A stretch of DNA of 63,697 bases, filler included. It is 3 parts of 3 records of this genome, joined end to end, with 100 filler letters (N's around TTAATTAATTAA, not from the genome) between each part and the next. Parts side by side here need not be neighbours in the genome. Positions count along the whole stretch, not along the records: positions 29,357 to 56,421 come from SRR20825006_2317; 2 more parts are not named here. One strand, 5' to 3'. This document shows, piece after piece, positions 29,577 through 39,570 of this stretch. Position 1 is the stretch's first letter. Every line of letters begins with the position of its first letter. The notes beneath the pieces are model-generated. The model did not search any database, was not told where the DNA came from, and saw only the letters and a list, made by a program, of their open reading frames with translations. A program made the translations under genes and the position numbers.

Positions 29577-30542
29577 TTACAACGTTTTAGCTCCGCTTTG
29601 GATGCTAAAACCATTTAGCAAATCTTTGACCGGCATTCGCTTTTTGCCAGAGAGTTGAACTTCGTCTAATCGAATCCACCCATCTTCGGCTGAAACATAC
29701 AGTTTGTCGTGATTTACTTTTATTTTACCGACACTAAGGTTACCTAATTCATTTGATTCTTCAACAGAAGCCAGTGTCGCCTTATAGACTTTTAATTGGT
29801 GCTCTTGAGTATCTCCATTAGTAAAAAGCGTCCAGGCCACAGGATACGGACTCAATCCTCTTATGTGATTGTATACTTGTTTTGCAGGTTGATCCCAATT
29901 GATTCGCGTATTTTCTCGATTGAGTTTATAAGCCGTATGCAATTGTTCTTGTTTAGGCTGAGCGACCGTTTCAACCGGACCTTCCGCTATTAGTTTTACA
30001 GTTTTAAGAATAACCTCGCTACCTAAATGCATAAGCCTGTCATGCAATTCGCCTGCATTTTCTGCTTCAGATATAGCTACTTTTTCTTGAAGAATGATTG
30101 CACCGGTATCTATCTTTTCATCTATAAAAAAGGTAGTCACTCCGGTTTCTTTTTCCCCTTTTATAATTGCCCAATTAATAGGTGCTGCCCCGCGATAATC
30201 TGGCAGCAGTGAAGCGTGCAAATTAAAGGTGCCGTATTCCGGCATTTGCCAAACCACTTCAGGAAGCATTCTAAATGCGACTACGATGTGTAGGTTAGCA
30301 TTCAGACTTTTTAATTCTTCTAAAAAAGCTTCAGACTTTAAATTGGTAGGTTGTAAAACCTTAATGTCTTGAGATAAGGCATACTTTTTTACTGCACTCT
30401 GTTGAATTTTTTGTCCGCGGCCGGCAGGTCTGTCCGGAGCCGTGATGACGCCTACAACCGTATAATTATTTTCGACAAGATTCTTTAAACCGGCAACAGC
30501 AAAATCTGGTGTTCCCATGAAGATTATGCGTAAATCTCTCAT
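29577..30542 (-). CDS. fmt: Methionyl-tRNA formyltransferase
   Basis: IIFMGTPDFA, NLHASLLP.YRGAAPINW and IRGLSPYP. Confidence 0.96.
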   Translation of the reverse strand: MRDLRIIFMGTPDFAVAGLKNLVENNYTVVGVITAPDRPAGRGQKIQQSAVKKYALSQDIKVLQPTNLKSEAFLEELKSLNANLHIVVAFRMLPEVVWQMPEYGTFNLHASLLPDYRGAAPINWAIIKGEKETGVTTFFIDEKIDTGAIILQEKVAISEAENAGELHDRLMHLGSEVILKTVKLIAEGPVETVAQPKQEQLHTAYKLNRENTRINWDQPAKQVYNHIRGLSPYPVAWTLFTNGDTQEHQLKVYKATLASVEESNELGNLSVGKIKVNHDKLYVSAEDGWIRLDEVQLSGKKRMPVKDLLNGFSIQSGAKTL

Positions 30543-32431
30543 ATTCGTTGATATAAATTTGAAGGGGTTATTTTAATTTTCTTCTGCATTAATAGCAGTT
30601 TTAAGCTGCTTAATAGGTCTTCTTCACGCTCTATTTTTAAAACTTCCAAGAGCATTTTAGACGAGCAAGCGCCTTGATTCAAATGTTTTAAAATTTGATC
30701 CGCGAGAGCCAGGGGAGCTTTTGATTTCGTTTTCTTTTGGCAAATATCGCAGATTCCGCAGGCTTCTTGTTGATGTTCTTCAAAATAAGCTAGCAATAGT
30801 TTACTACGACACACCGGCGTTTCAATATAGTGCAACATACTTTTTACCTGATCTACTTTACGCGTGTTTTGCGCGGTTATCGCTTTTGAAATGCGATTGA
30901 TCACAAGATCATCTTCACGCTGCACTAGAAAGGTTATGGCAGTATCGGCTTGGGAGTGCTCATATACAGCCACATTATCTTTATGTAATTGCAAAAGCGT
31001 TTGATGAATTTTAACCAAAGGTACTCCCGCCTTTTTAGCAATTAATGCATGGTCAATGGTAATGGCGTTATCGTAAATTCCGCTATACGTTCTCAACAAG
31101 CTTTTTACGATGGAATCAATTCCCGGATTGCGAATAAGATAATAGGTAAGATTAATTGCAGAAACCGAAAATTGAAGCGTAGCTCTTCGATAAAATTCTT
31201 GACTCAATAAGAGCACGCTATTGCGATCGAGTAACTGAAGCGCATTATAGGTTAGCAATGTATTGAAATCATAGGTTTTGCAGAATTCGGTAAAATCAAA
31301 TCGAAAGGTTTCATGCTCACCTTCTCCGTACGAAATTTGAAAATAGCTATTGAGCTTTTTGTATACCTTTTTAACAAAAGAAACCGAAGGTAATACCTTC
31401 AAAAACTGATTGGTTAAACGGTCTTTATCGCTGTTATTAAATAGAATTACACTGGTTGCTTGTTGACCATTTCTTCCGGCTCTACCGGCTTCTTGAAAAT
31501 AGCTTTCGAGACTTTCGGGCAGTTCTACGTGTATTACGGTTTGCACATCAGCTTTGTCAATACCCATCCCAAAAGCGCTGGTTGCTACCATTACTTGGGT
31601 TTTGTTTTGAGACCAAGCTGCAAAACGTTCCTGGCGCTCGCCATTGCCTAATCCACCGTGGTAAAAATGCGCCGAAATCCCGTATTCGTTTAGAAACTGG
31701 GCAAAATACTGTGCACTTTTTCTGCTACGTACATAGACAATTCCGCTTCCGGGATGTTGCTTAAAAAGCTGAACAATGCGCTGTTGCTTGCTTTCTTCGT
31801 AGAGTACTTTATAAGCGAGATTCTTCCGCTTAAATGAATCTTTAAAAGTGCTTACCTCTTTTAGTGCCAGCTGGGTGGTGATATCTTGCTGTACGGCAGC
31901 CGTGGCGGTAGCAGTAAGCGCTATACACGGAATTTCTTGAAATTGTTCTCTAAACGCTTGAATATTGCGGTAAGCCGGTCTAAAATCGTGACCCCATTGT
32001 GAGATACAATGAGCTTCATCAATTGCCAGCAAATTGATGTTCATTTGTTTGAGGCGTGCTAAAACGAGTTCGTTTTGCAAGCGCTCAGGAGAGAGATACA
32101 GCAGTTTGTAATTACCATAAATGCAATTGTCTAATAAAACATCAAGCTCTTGATATTTGATTCCGCCGGGAATGTGCAAGGCTTTAATTCCTCTTTTTTC
32201 AAGCTGAACCACTTGATCTTTCATTAAAGAGAGCAGGGGAGAGATCACTAAGGTAATTCCCTCTTTGATCACTGCCGGAATTTGATAACAAAGTGATTTT
32301 CCGCCTCCGGTAGGAAGCAACGCAAAGGTGTCTTTGCCGTTTAAGACACTTGTAATGATCTCAAGCTGTTTTGACCGGAATGATGCATAGCCCCAGAACT
32401 TTTGTAAAGCTTCTTGAGGAGTGGTCATCAT
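30539..32431 (-). CDS. recQ: RecQ-family ATP-dependent DNA helicase
   Basis: PTGGGKSLCYQ, DEAHCISQWGHDFRP, QEAGRAGR and Zn-binding CGICDIC. Confidence 0.93.
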   Translation of the reverse strand: MMTTPQEALQKFWGYASFRSKQLEIITSVLNGKDTFALLPTGGGKSLCYQIPAVIKEGITLVISPLLSLMKDQVVQLEKRGIKALHIPGGIKYQELDVLLDNCIYGNYKLLYLSPERLQNELVLARLKQMNINLLAIDEAHCISQWGHDFRPAYRNIQAFREQFQEIPCIALTATATAAVQQDITTQLALKEVSTFKDSFKRKNLAYKVLYEESKQQRIVQLFKQHPGSGIVYVRSRKSAQYFAQFLNEYGISAHFYHGGLGNGERQERFAAWSQNKTQVMVATSAFGMGIDKADVQTVIHVELPESLESYFQEAGRAGRNGQQATSVILFNNSDKDRLTNQFLKVLPSVSFVKKVYKKLNSYFQISYGEGEHETFRFDFTEFCKTYDFNTLLTYNALQLLDRNSVLLLSQEFYRRATLQFSVSAINLTYYLIRNPGIDSIVKSLLRTYSGIYDNAITIDHALIAKKAGVPLVKIHQTLLQLHKDNVAVYEHSQADTAITFLVQREDDLVINRISKAITAQNTRKVDQVKSMLHYIETPVCRSKLLLAYFEEHQQEACGICDICQKKTKSKAPLALADQILKHLNQGACSSKMLLEVLKIEREEDLLSSLKLLLMQKKIKITPSNLYQRI

Positions 32432-32967
32432 AGGGTCATATGCTTTAAAATAAAATCTAAGCGATCTTCGACCGGTACTTTGGGCACTTCAATAGGAGTA
32501 TAACCACAAGAACGATACGTTTTTAAAAGTTCGTCTTGAATTTTTACCGCTTCCTCAAAACTTTCATAGCGCTCTTTGTCAGTTACGTGAATATCGCGCC
32601 ATAAAGGAAGTAAGAATATCTTATCGTAGCGATACGTTGAGTTCGCTTTAGTAAATCGGTCAGGATACTCCTGCCCAATAAAATCCATATAAGCAGACAC
32701 ATCAGGAATACCGCGGTCTATAAAAACATATTCAGCATCAAGGGCACCGGCATCCAAGTATTGCTGTATACGACGTTCTAGCAGTTTATCGCTAAACAGC
32801 AAGGGTTCTGTAAGAAATAATTGCTCAATACCTTCTTGCTGTGCAGCTTTGATCACCTCGCGCGACACTTCATCAAGGCAAGGATAACCCTTTTCTTTTA
32901 GAGCGTTGAGTAAAGTTGTTTTTCCGGTACTGGGGCCTCCTATTAAAACAATGCGTTTTGCTGTCAA
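32428..32967 (-). CDS. AAA_28 / NadR-like P-loop ATPase
   Basis: GGPSTGKTT, FIDRGIPD and ERYESFEEA. Confidence 0.85.
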   Translation of the reverse strand: MTAKRIVLIGGPSTGKTTLLNALKEKGYPCLDEVSREVIKAAQQEGIEQLFLTEPLLFSDKLLERRIQQYLDAGALDAEYVFIDRGIPDVSAYMDFIGQEYPDRFTKANSTYRYDKIFLLPLWRDIHVTDKERYESFEEAVKIQDELLKTYRSCGYTPIEVPKVPVEDRLDFILKHMTL

Positions 32968-33072
32968 GATAAATGCTTTAGGTCTTTTGTATTTTGGCGG
33001 TAAAAATACTCAAATACAAACCGATTAAAAAATTAGCTTTAGAATGGTATCTTTGCACCTCAAAAGAAGGCC

Positions 33073-33363
33073 ATGAGCACAGATAAAAACTCTGAAGAAT
33101 TTTATAAGAAATTAAAAGGCAGACTTGAGGAAACCACACAGTGGCCATCAGCCTACCTTTACAAATTTATCGTCCCGTCTGATAACCAGAAGATTGCTCA
33201 AATTGAAGAAATCTTTGATAATATGGGAGCGGTGATCAATACAAAAGAATCAAGCAAAGGTACTTATACAAGTGTTTCTATAAATGTGCGTATGCAGGAC
33301 CCAGATGCGGTTATTGCAAAATATAAAGAAGTAGCAAGCGTTGAAGGTGTTATTTCGCTGTAA
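33073..33363 (+). CDS. DUF493 family protein
   Basis: WPSAYLYKFIVP and SSKGTYTSVS; TATCTTTG promoter element at 33048. Confidence 0.85.
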   Translation: MSTDKNSEEFYKKLKGRLEETTQWPSAYLYKFIVPSDNQKIAQIEEIFDNMGAVINTKESSKGTYTSVSINVRMQDPDAVIAKYKEVASVEGVISL

Positions 33364-33484
33364 TCGCATAAAATCAGCTTTTAAATTACATTAATTTAAT
33401 TTTGGCCTGTGGGCCTTTCTACAATTTTTAGTACTTTGCCTTATCGTTTCTTTTTAAGAAACTACTTCACTTAAATTTTTACAG

Positions 33485-34111
33485 TTGATAGATCAATTAG
33501 AATATAATACAGAGCGAGAGAAGCTTATTATTCCCGAGTATGGGCGCCATTTACAAAAGATGGTTAATCAAGCCGTTGAAGAAGAAGATGAAAAAAAGCG
33601 CAATATCATAGCGCGCAGTATTATCGCAGTGATGGGTAATTTACAACCACACCTGCGTGATGTGCCTGATTTTCAGCATAAGCTTTGGGATCAATTGTTT
33701 ATCATGAGTGATTTTAAACTAGATGTGGTTTCTCCTTATGACAAGCCTTCTAAAGAAAAACTAGAAGAGCATCCAGATCCTTTAGACTATCCGCAAAATC
33801 ATCCTAAATACCGTTTCTACGGAAACAATATTAAACGTATGATAGATGTGGCGGTGCAATGGGAAAAAGGTCAAAAGCGAGAGGCATTAGAGTTTACCAT
33901 CGCAAACCACATGAAAAAATGCTTCCTGAACTGGAATAAGGATACCGTAGATGACGAAGTGATCTTTAAGCACTTGTTTGAATTGAGTGACGGGCAGATC
34001 AATCTTGCCAAAAAAGACGAAGATCTAAAAGAAGCGCAAAAACTTATGCGCAACAAAAAATCAGGTAAGTCTTACCGAAAAAAATCTGGACGCGGTAAAA
34101 AGCGTTACTAA
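33485..34111 (+). CDS. DUF4290 family protein
   Basis: LEYNTER..LIIPEYGR and HKLWDQL; sits directly before murA. Confidence 0.85.
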   Translation: MIDQLEYNTEREKLIIPEYGRHLQKMVNQAVEEEDEKKRNIIARSIIAVMGNLQPHLRDVPDFQHKLWDQLFIMSDFKLDVVSPYDKPSKEKLEEHPDPLDYPQNHPKYRFYGNNIKRMIDVAVQWEKGQKREALEFTIANHMKKCFLNWNKDTVDDEVIFKHLFELSDGQINLAKKDEDLKEAQKLMRNKKSGKSYRKKSGRGKKRY

Positions 34112-34130
34112 TTTTTAGCAACACATTTTA

Positions 34131-35444
34131 ATGGGAACATTTCAGATAGAAGGAGGGCATCAGCTCAAAGGATCCATCCAGCCTCAAGGTGCAAAAAATG
34201 AAGCCTTACAAATACTTTGCGCGGTTTTATTAACTCCGGAAAAAGTAGTCATTGACAACATCCCAGATATTGTAGATGTCAATAAGCTCATCACTATTTT
34301 GAGCAATCTGGGAGTAAAAATTCAAAAACTAGGTAAAGGCAAATACTCTTTTAAAAGTGATGCACTGCACTTAGAGTATCTAGAAAGTGAACAGTTTAAA
34401 AAAGAAGGTGGCGGTCTGCGCGGTTCTATAATGATCGTTGGGCCTTTACTAGCACGCTTCGGTAAAGGATATATTCCGCGTCCGGGTGGTGATAAAATTG
34501 GACGTAGACGTCTGGATACCCATTTTGAGGGAATGATCAAACTGGGCGCAAAATTTCGATATAATAAAGAAGAACGCTTTTACGGCGTAGAAGCTCCTGA
34601 AGGTTTACGCGGAACGTTTATGCTCTTGGATGAAGCTTCGGTAACCGGTACAGCAAATATTGTTATGGCTGCGGTAATGGCCGAAGGAGAGACCACAATT
34701 TATAACGCGGCTTGTGAACCTTATTTACAACAGCTGTGTAAAATGCTCAATAAAATGGGCGCAAAGATTAGTGGTATTGGTTCAAATATGCTCAAGATCG
34801 AAGGTGTAAAAGCACTTAATGGCTGTGAGCATAGCATTTTGCCTGATATGATTGAGATCGGTTCTTGGATCGGGCTTGCAGCAATGACTAAAAGTGAGAT
34901 TACTATAAAAAATGTAAGCTGGAATGATCTAGGACTTATTCCTGCGACCTTTAGAAAGTTGGGGATCACCGTTGAAAAACGAGGTGATGATATTTTTATT
35001 CCTGCGCATACTGAAGGCTATGAAATTGAAACATTTATTGACGGCTCGTTTATGACCATCAGCGATGCACCTTGGCCGGGGTTCACTCCAGACTTATTGA
35101 GTATTGTTTTGGTAGTTGCAACTCAAGCCAAAGGCGAAGTATTGATTCATCAAAAAATGTTTGAAAGCCGTCTGTTTTTCGTAGATAAATTAATTGATAT
35201 GGGTGCGAAGATCATTCTTTGTGATCCGCATCGCGCGACCGTAATTGGGCACGATTTTAAATCAACTTTAAAAGCTACCACGATGAGTTCGCCAGATATT
35301 CGGGCAGGGATTTCTTTGTTGATCGCGGCATTGAGCGCTAAAGGCACTTCTACTATTCATAACATTGAGCAAATAGATCGCGGTTATGAGAATATTGATG
35401 AACGTCTGAGAGCGATTGGTGCAAAAATCATAAGGACCGCTTAA
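34131..35444 (+). CDS. murA: UDP-N-acetylglucosamine 1-carboxyvinyltransferase
   Basis: GAKNEAL, PGGDKIGRR, ASVTGTAN, SPDIRAG and IDRGYE. Confidence 0.96.
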   Translation: MGTFQIEGGHQLKGSIQPQGAKNEALQILCAVLLTPEKVVIDNIPDIVDVNKLITILSNLGVKIQKLGKGKYSFKSDALHLEYLESEQFKKEGGGLRGSIMIVGPLLARFGKGYIPRPGGDKIGRRRLDTHFEGMIKLGAKFRYNKEERFYGVEAPEGLRGTFMLLDEASVTGTANIVMAAVMAEGETTIYNAACEPYLQQLCKMLNKMGAKISGIGSNMLKIEGVKALNGCEHSILPDMIEIGSWIGLAAMTKSEITIKNVSWNDLGLIPATFRKLGITVEKRGDDIFIPAHTEGYEIETFIDGSFMTISDAPWPGFTPDLLSIVLVVATQAKGEVLIHQKMFESRLFFVDKLIDMGAKIILCDPHRATVIGHDFKSTLKATTMSSPDIRAGISLLIAALSAKGTSTIHNIEQIDRGYENIDERLRAIGAKIIRTA

Positions 35445-35455
35445 CATCGTAAACG

Positions 35456-35506
35456 TATACAAACAAAAAAATCTCGGTATCAAGCCGAGATTTTTTTGTT
35501 TGTATA
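35456..35506. terminator. Bidirectional terminator
   Basis: 22-bp perfect inverted repeat TATACAAACAAAAAAATCTCGG-TATCAAG-CCGAGATTTTTTTGTTTGTATA. Confidence 0.85.
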
Positions 35507-35519
35507 TAGTTCTAGTCGG

Positions 35520-36041
35520 TTACAGTAATAAATCGGCGATATCCTGCCAAGTATCGGCACGGTCAAAACCGTTAGTATTTACATTGTGTGGTGAGGTAAA
35601 TTGAATACCACGACCTTCAAAAGCTGCTAAATTGTAAGAGCGATCATCTATTAAAACGTCACCGCGTAGCACGTGTTTATGACCGCACAAAATGCGATTT
35701 TGCCACGGAATAAAAGGGAAATGTTTATCAAGCCAATCTGCTTTTTCCTCAAGGCTGGTTTTAAATTGCATGGCAGCAGAGGCGATATATAAGTCGTGTT
35801 TCTCGTGTAGTTCACGCATAACCTCCTGGCTGTCTTTCATCACTTTCAGATCGATAAAAAAGCCACGCTCGTTGGCGTGATTGCGTACATAACCCTGATG
35901 AGGTTCGGGCACCATTTGCCACACCTCGTGACCCAGGCAGTCTTCTTTTTTAAGAGTTGCGTTGTATTTGTTGTTGTAGAGGTCAATGTGCGCCTGATAA
36001 GTATCGGCGATCACCTCGTCCATATCTACGAATATTGTCAT
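35520..36041 (-). CDS. 5'(3')-deoxyribonucleotidase (NT5C, HAD family)
   Basis: IFVDMDEVIAD, WLDKHFPFI and LIDDR; start at the ATG at 36041. Confidence 0.9.
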   Translation of the reverse strand: MTIFVDMDEVIADTYQAHIDLYNNKYNATLKKEDCLGHEVWQMVPEPHQGYVRNHANERGFFIDLKVMKDSQEVMRELHEKHDLYIASAAMQFKTSLEEKADWLDKHFPFIPWQNRILCGHKHVLRGDVLIDDRSYNLAAFEGRGIQFTSPHNVNTNGFDRADTWQDIADLLL

Positions 36042-36172
36042 TGTGTAAGGGTTTTGATAAAAAGCCAAAATACGGCATAGCATTGAAAACTAGTTTAAAT
36101 TCACCTTAAAAAATGAGTAATCCTAGGTAACGCAAAGGTTTTAAATAGTTATTTTTAAAAAGAAGCCAATTT

Positions 36173-36469
36173 ATGTGGAAATTTTATCGCGATATTACCC
36201 GTTTTGCTGCATTGTTTGCGTTGGTTTGCATTCCCATAGGAAGTTTAACGAGTGCAACCTTGCTCTTTGGGATCTTAGGCACTCCCGTAGGATTGTTGAT
36301 GTTTCACTATTTTCAAAAGGAAGAATTCTACGGATATTACAATCTGGGATATACTAAGCTGAAATTGATAGGGACTACTTGGTTGGTTAATCTGGCGCTG
36401 ACCCCCGTGCTTTTACTAGTTTCATTTATAATTTTAAAATTGGTACGCCTTGGCGCTATTGCAAGTTAA
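36173..36469 (+). CDS. Small membrane protein
   Basis: Three hydrophobic segments, EFYGYYNLG; overlaps the ABC ATPase gene. Confidence 0.65.
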   Translation: MWKFYRDITRFAALFALVCIPIGSLTSATLLFGILGTPVGLLMFHYFQKEEFYGYYNLGYTKLKLIGTTWLVNLALTPVLLLVSFIILKLVRLGAIAS

Positions 36470-37133
36470 TAATATCACCAAAAGTTTCGGAAAGAAGCAA
36501 ATTCTAGAATCTGCAGATTTTCAGTTGGCAACCGGAGAGATTTTAGGAGTTTTTGGGCGAAATGGTAGCGGGAAAAGCACTTTGCTCACCATTCTATTCG
36601 GTACTCAAACTGCCAAAACCGGAACTATAAAGATCAACGAAACGCAGTATTCCGTCAGGAAACAGATTTGGAATAAAAACCCTATCGTCGCCAATGAACT
36701 TATTGGGTATTTACCACAATTCAGTTTTTTATCGCAATCCTCAAAAGTTTGGGATTTAATTCCCAGATATTTTGAAGGGGCAGCACAAGATTTAATTTTT
36801 AGAGCGCCACGAATGGCTAAAATCGCAAATCGTAAAGTAAACGAACTTTCTTTAGGCGAGCGGCGCTATCTCGAGGTTTTGATTGTTGGTAATTTAAAGC
36901 ATCCATTTCTTTTGCTTGACGAACCTTTTTCGATGGTGGAGCCTTTGTTCAAAGAATTGATTCACGAGTTTTTAAGTTCGTTAAAATCAAAAAAGGGTAT
37001 TTTACTCACTGATCATTACTATCAGGATGTGTGGCAACTGGCAGATCGCAATCTTGTATTAAAGGATGGAAAATTAAAAACTGTAAATGCTTTAGAAGAC
37101 TTGGTTAACGCCGGTTATTTACGAAGTATGTAA
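36450..37133 (+). CDS. ABC transporter ATP-binding protein
   Basis: GRNGSGKST, LSLGE and LLLDEPF. Confidence 0.88.
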   Translation: MALLQVNNITKSFGKKQILESADFQLATGEILGVFGRNGSGKSTLLTILFGTQTAKTGTIKINETQYSVRKQIWNKNPIVANELIGYLPQFSFLSQSSKVWDLIPRYFEGAAQDLIFRAPRMAKIANRKVNELSLGERRYLEVLIVGNLKHPFLLLDEPFSMVEPLFKELIHEFLSSLKSKKGILLTDHYYQDVWQLADRNLVLKDGKLKTVNALEDLVNAGYLRSM

Positions 37134-37143
37134 ACGCTTAATT

Positions 37144-37881
37144 ATGAAAGATAATTTTTCAAACCACGCACAAGATTATGCTAAGTTCAGACCTACGTAC
37201 CCAAAAGCGGTATTCGAATTTTTGTATGATTTACTTCCGGAAAAATTAAATGCTTGGGATGTTGCGACCGGTAACGGGCAAGTCGCTATTGAACTTGCAA
37301 CAAAGTTTCAAAATGTTTTGGCAACCGACTTGAGCGCGCAGCAACTCGCCGAAGCTCCACAGCTGAAAAATGTAACGTATCGAGTTCAAACATCAGAAAT
37401 AGCATTTGATTACGATGCAAAATTTGATCTTATTACTGTTGCTCAGGCAATTCATTGGTTTGATTTTGACAAATTCTATGCGAATGTAAAAGCGCACTTA
37501 GCACCTCATGGTATTTTGGCGGTAATTGGATATTCGGTTTTTGCAACTACCGGAAAATTAAACGAAGTGATTCAGCATTTTTATAAAAACATCACCGACA
37601 AGTATTGGGATCCTGAGCGGCGGTATCTTGATGAACATTACCAAATGATTCCCTTTCCTTTTCAAGAAATTACCGTTCCAAAATTTGAGATGGAAGTCCG
37701 TTGGACAAAAGCTCAGTTTCTAAATTATTTGAACACGTGGTCTGCAGTTAAGCATTATGAAAAGGCAAATGGTCAGAATCCGCTTGAGCTGATTAAGGCA
37801 GATGTTGAGGCCAATTGGGGAAATGCGGTCATACGCAAGTTTAGTTTTCCGTTACTTTTTAGACTAGGGAAGAACACCTAA
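37144..37881 (+). CDS. Class I SAM-dependent methyltransferase
   Basis: YAKFRPTYP, WDVATGNGQ and ITVAQAIHWF. Confidence 0.9.
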   Translation: MKDNFSNHAQDYAKFRPTYPKAVFEFLYDLLPEKLNAWDVATGNGQVAIELATKFQNVLATDLSAQQLAEAPQLKNVTYRVQTSEIAFDYDAKFDLITVAQAIHWFDFDKFYANVKAHLAPHGILAVIGYSVFATTGKLNEVIQHFYKNITDKYWDPERRYLDEHYQMIPFPFQEITVPKFEMEVRWTKAQFLNYLNTWSAVKHYEKANGQNPLELIKADVEANWGNAVIRKFSFPLLFRLGKNT

Positions 37882-38069
37882 TTCTTCTTATTCTTGTTTT
37901 CCTTTTTTTGTTGCCCCGGAGCAAAAGCTTTTGCACTTTGAACTCCATATACTTTTTTGACCTGGCCAGGTGCACTATTATTAGCATTTCTAGAGGTACG
38001 ATAGCTAGAGCAAGAAGCTGAGGGTAAAATCATTGCGCCTAGCGCCAATAGTAAAACAAGCTTTTTCAT
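37878..38069 (-). CDS. Small basic putative lipoprotein
   Basis: MKK plus hydrophobic stretch plus ASC lipobox; APGQVKKVYG..SAK.FAPGQQKK. Confidence 0.7.
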   Translation of the reverse strand: MKKLVLLLALGAMILPSASCSSYRTSRNANNSAPGQVKKVYGVQSAKAFAPGQQKKENKNKKN

Positions 38070-38160
38070 AGTAGTTTTCTTTTAGGTAAAGATAAAAGTG
38101 CAAAAGCGTAGTTTTTTGCGATTTAAGTATTGCTTAATAAAGGTTTAGGAATTTTTAGCA

Positions 38161-39465
38161 TTAGGATACCGCAGCTTTATACGTTTTGAGGCAGCGCTCT
38201 CGAGCCTCTTTATGATCTACCATTTTTTCAGGATAATCATCGGTATCAAATTCCGGCACAAATTCTTTGATGTATTTTTTGTCTTTATCAAACTTGTCTA
38301 CCTGTGTCATCGGGTTGAAAATTCTAAAATAAGGCGCTGCATCTACACCGCTTCCGGCCGCCCATTGCCAGTTACCTACATTGCTTGACTGCTCATAATC
38401 TAAAAGTTTTTCGGCAAAATAGGCTTCGCCCCAGCGCCAATCGATCAATAGGTGTTTGCATAAAAAACTCGCTACCAGCATACGCACGCGATTATGCATA
38501 TAGCCGGTCGTGTTCAGTTGACGCATTCCTGCATCAACCAATAAATAACCTGTTTCTCCTTTTTTCCATTTTTCAAATTCCTTTTTATTGTTGCGCCATT
38601 CAATACGGTCATATTTTGATCTAAAGGCATTATTTACCGTTTTAGGATAATGATATAGAATCTGCATAAAGAATTCGCGCCAAATAAGTTCGCTCCAGAA
38701 AACCGTGTTTTTTTCGGCAATTGCTTTTTTTACCATTTTGCGAACACTCACCGTACCAAAACGCAAATGTGGACCCAAATGCGATGTGCCATCCTGTGCA
38801 GGAAAATTACGGGTATCTTCATAATTCTGTATCAAGGTCGGGGTGACATCATACTCCGGTATTTCAATAGAAGATTTTTTAAAGCCCATATCGCTCAGAT
38901 CAAGATTGGGCAATCTGCTGTTCTGGATTAGATTTTTTAAATGCTGACTGGTATAATGAATTTTTAGATGCTCGTCTTCGTCAAAAATTTCCTGCCATTT
39001 ATTTTTATAAGGCGTGTAAACCACATAAGGATCTCCATCGCCTTTGACCACTTCGTCTTTTTCAAAAATCACCTGATCTTTGAATGTTTTAAAGTCGATA
39101 TCTTCCTTTTTGAGCAACTTTTTTATTTGCTCATCACGCTCAAGGGCATAAGGTTCATAATCGTGATTGGTATATACTGTGTCAATATCGTAGTCCTTAA
39201 CGAGTTGTTTCCATACAGTTTCGGGCTTACCGTAAAATAACGCTAGTGAACTGCCGTGGTCTTCTTGCAATTCGTTGCGCATTTTCTGAAGCGTTTCATA
39301 AATGAACGTTACGCGGGCATCGTCTTTGGGGAGTTCGTTTAAGATTTCCTTGTCAAAAATGAAAATGGGTAAAACCGGATGCCCTCCTTTTAAGGCTTCT
39401 AAAAAACCTACGTTATCATCTAGCCTTAGATCCCTGCGAAACCAAAATATTGAAACTGTACTCAT
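38161..39465 (-). CDS. Deoxyribodipyrimidine photolyase (class I CPD type)
   Basis: WFRRDLRLDDN, ELIWREF, GYMHNRVRM, GNWQWAAG and PYFRIFNP. Confidence 0.94.
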   Translation of the reverse strand: MSTVSIFWFRRDLRLDDNVGFLEALKGGHPVLPIFIFDKEILNELPKDDARVTFIYETLQKMRNELQEDHGSSLALFYGKPETVWKQLVKDYDIDTVYTNHDYEPYALERDEQIKKLLKKEDIDFKTFKDQVIFEKDEVVKGDGDPYVVYTPYKNKWQEIFDEDEHLKIHYTSQHLKNLIQNSRLPNLDLSDMGFKKSSIEIPEYDVTPTLIQNYEDTRNFPAQDGTSHLGPHLRFGTVSVRKMVKKAIAEKNTVFWSELIWREFFMQILYHYPKTVNNAFRSKYDRIEWRNNKKEFEKWKKGETGYLLVDAGMRQLNTTGYMHNRVRMLVASFLCKHLLIDWRWGEAYFAEKLLDYEQSSNVGNWQWAAGSGVDAAPYFRIFNPMTQVDKFDKDKKYIKEFVPEFDTDDYPEKMVDHKEARERCLKTYKAAVS

Positions 39466-39570
39466 AAATTATTTTTTAGGCTTTGTCAAGGCTTTAAGAT
39501 TCTTTAAGTCGGCCTCGAAATTAAAAATTTGTTCCTGTCGAAAGTCTTGTGGACTTACTGTGGAGGTAAT

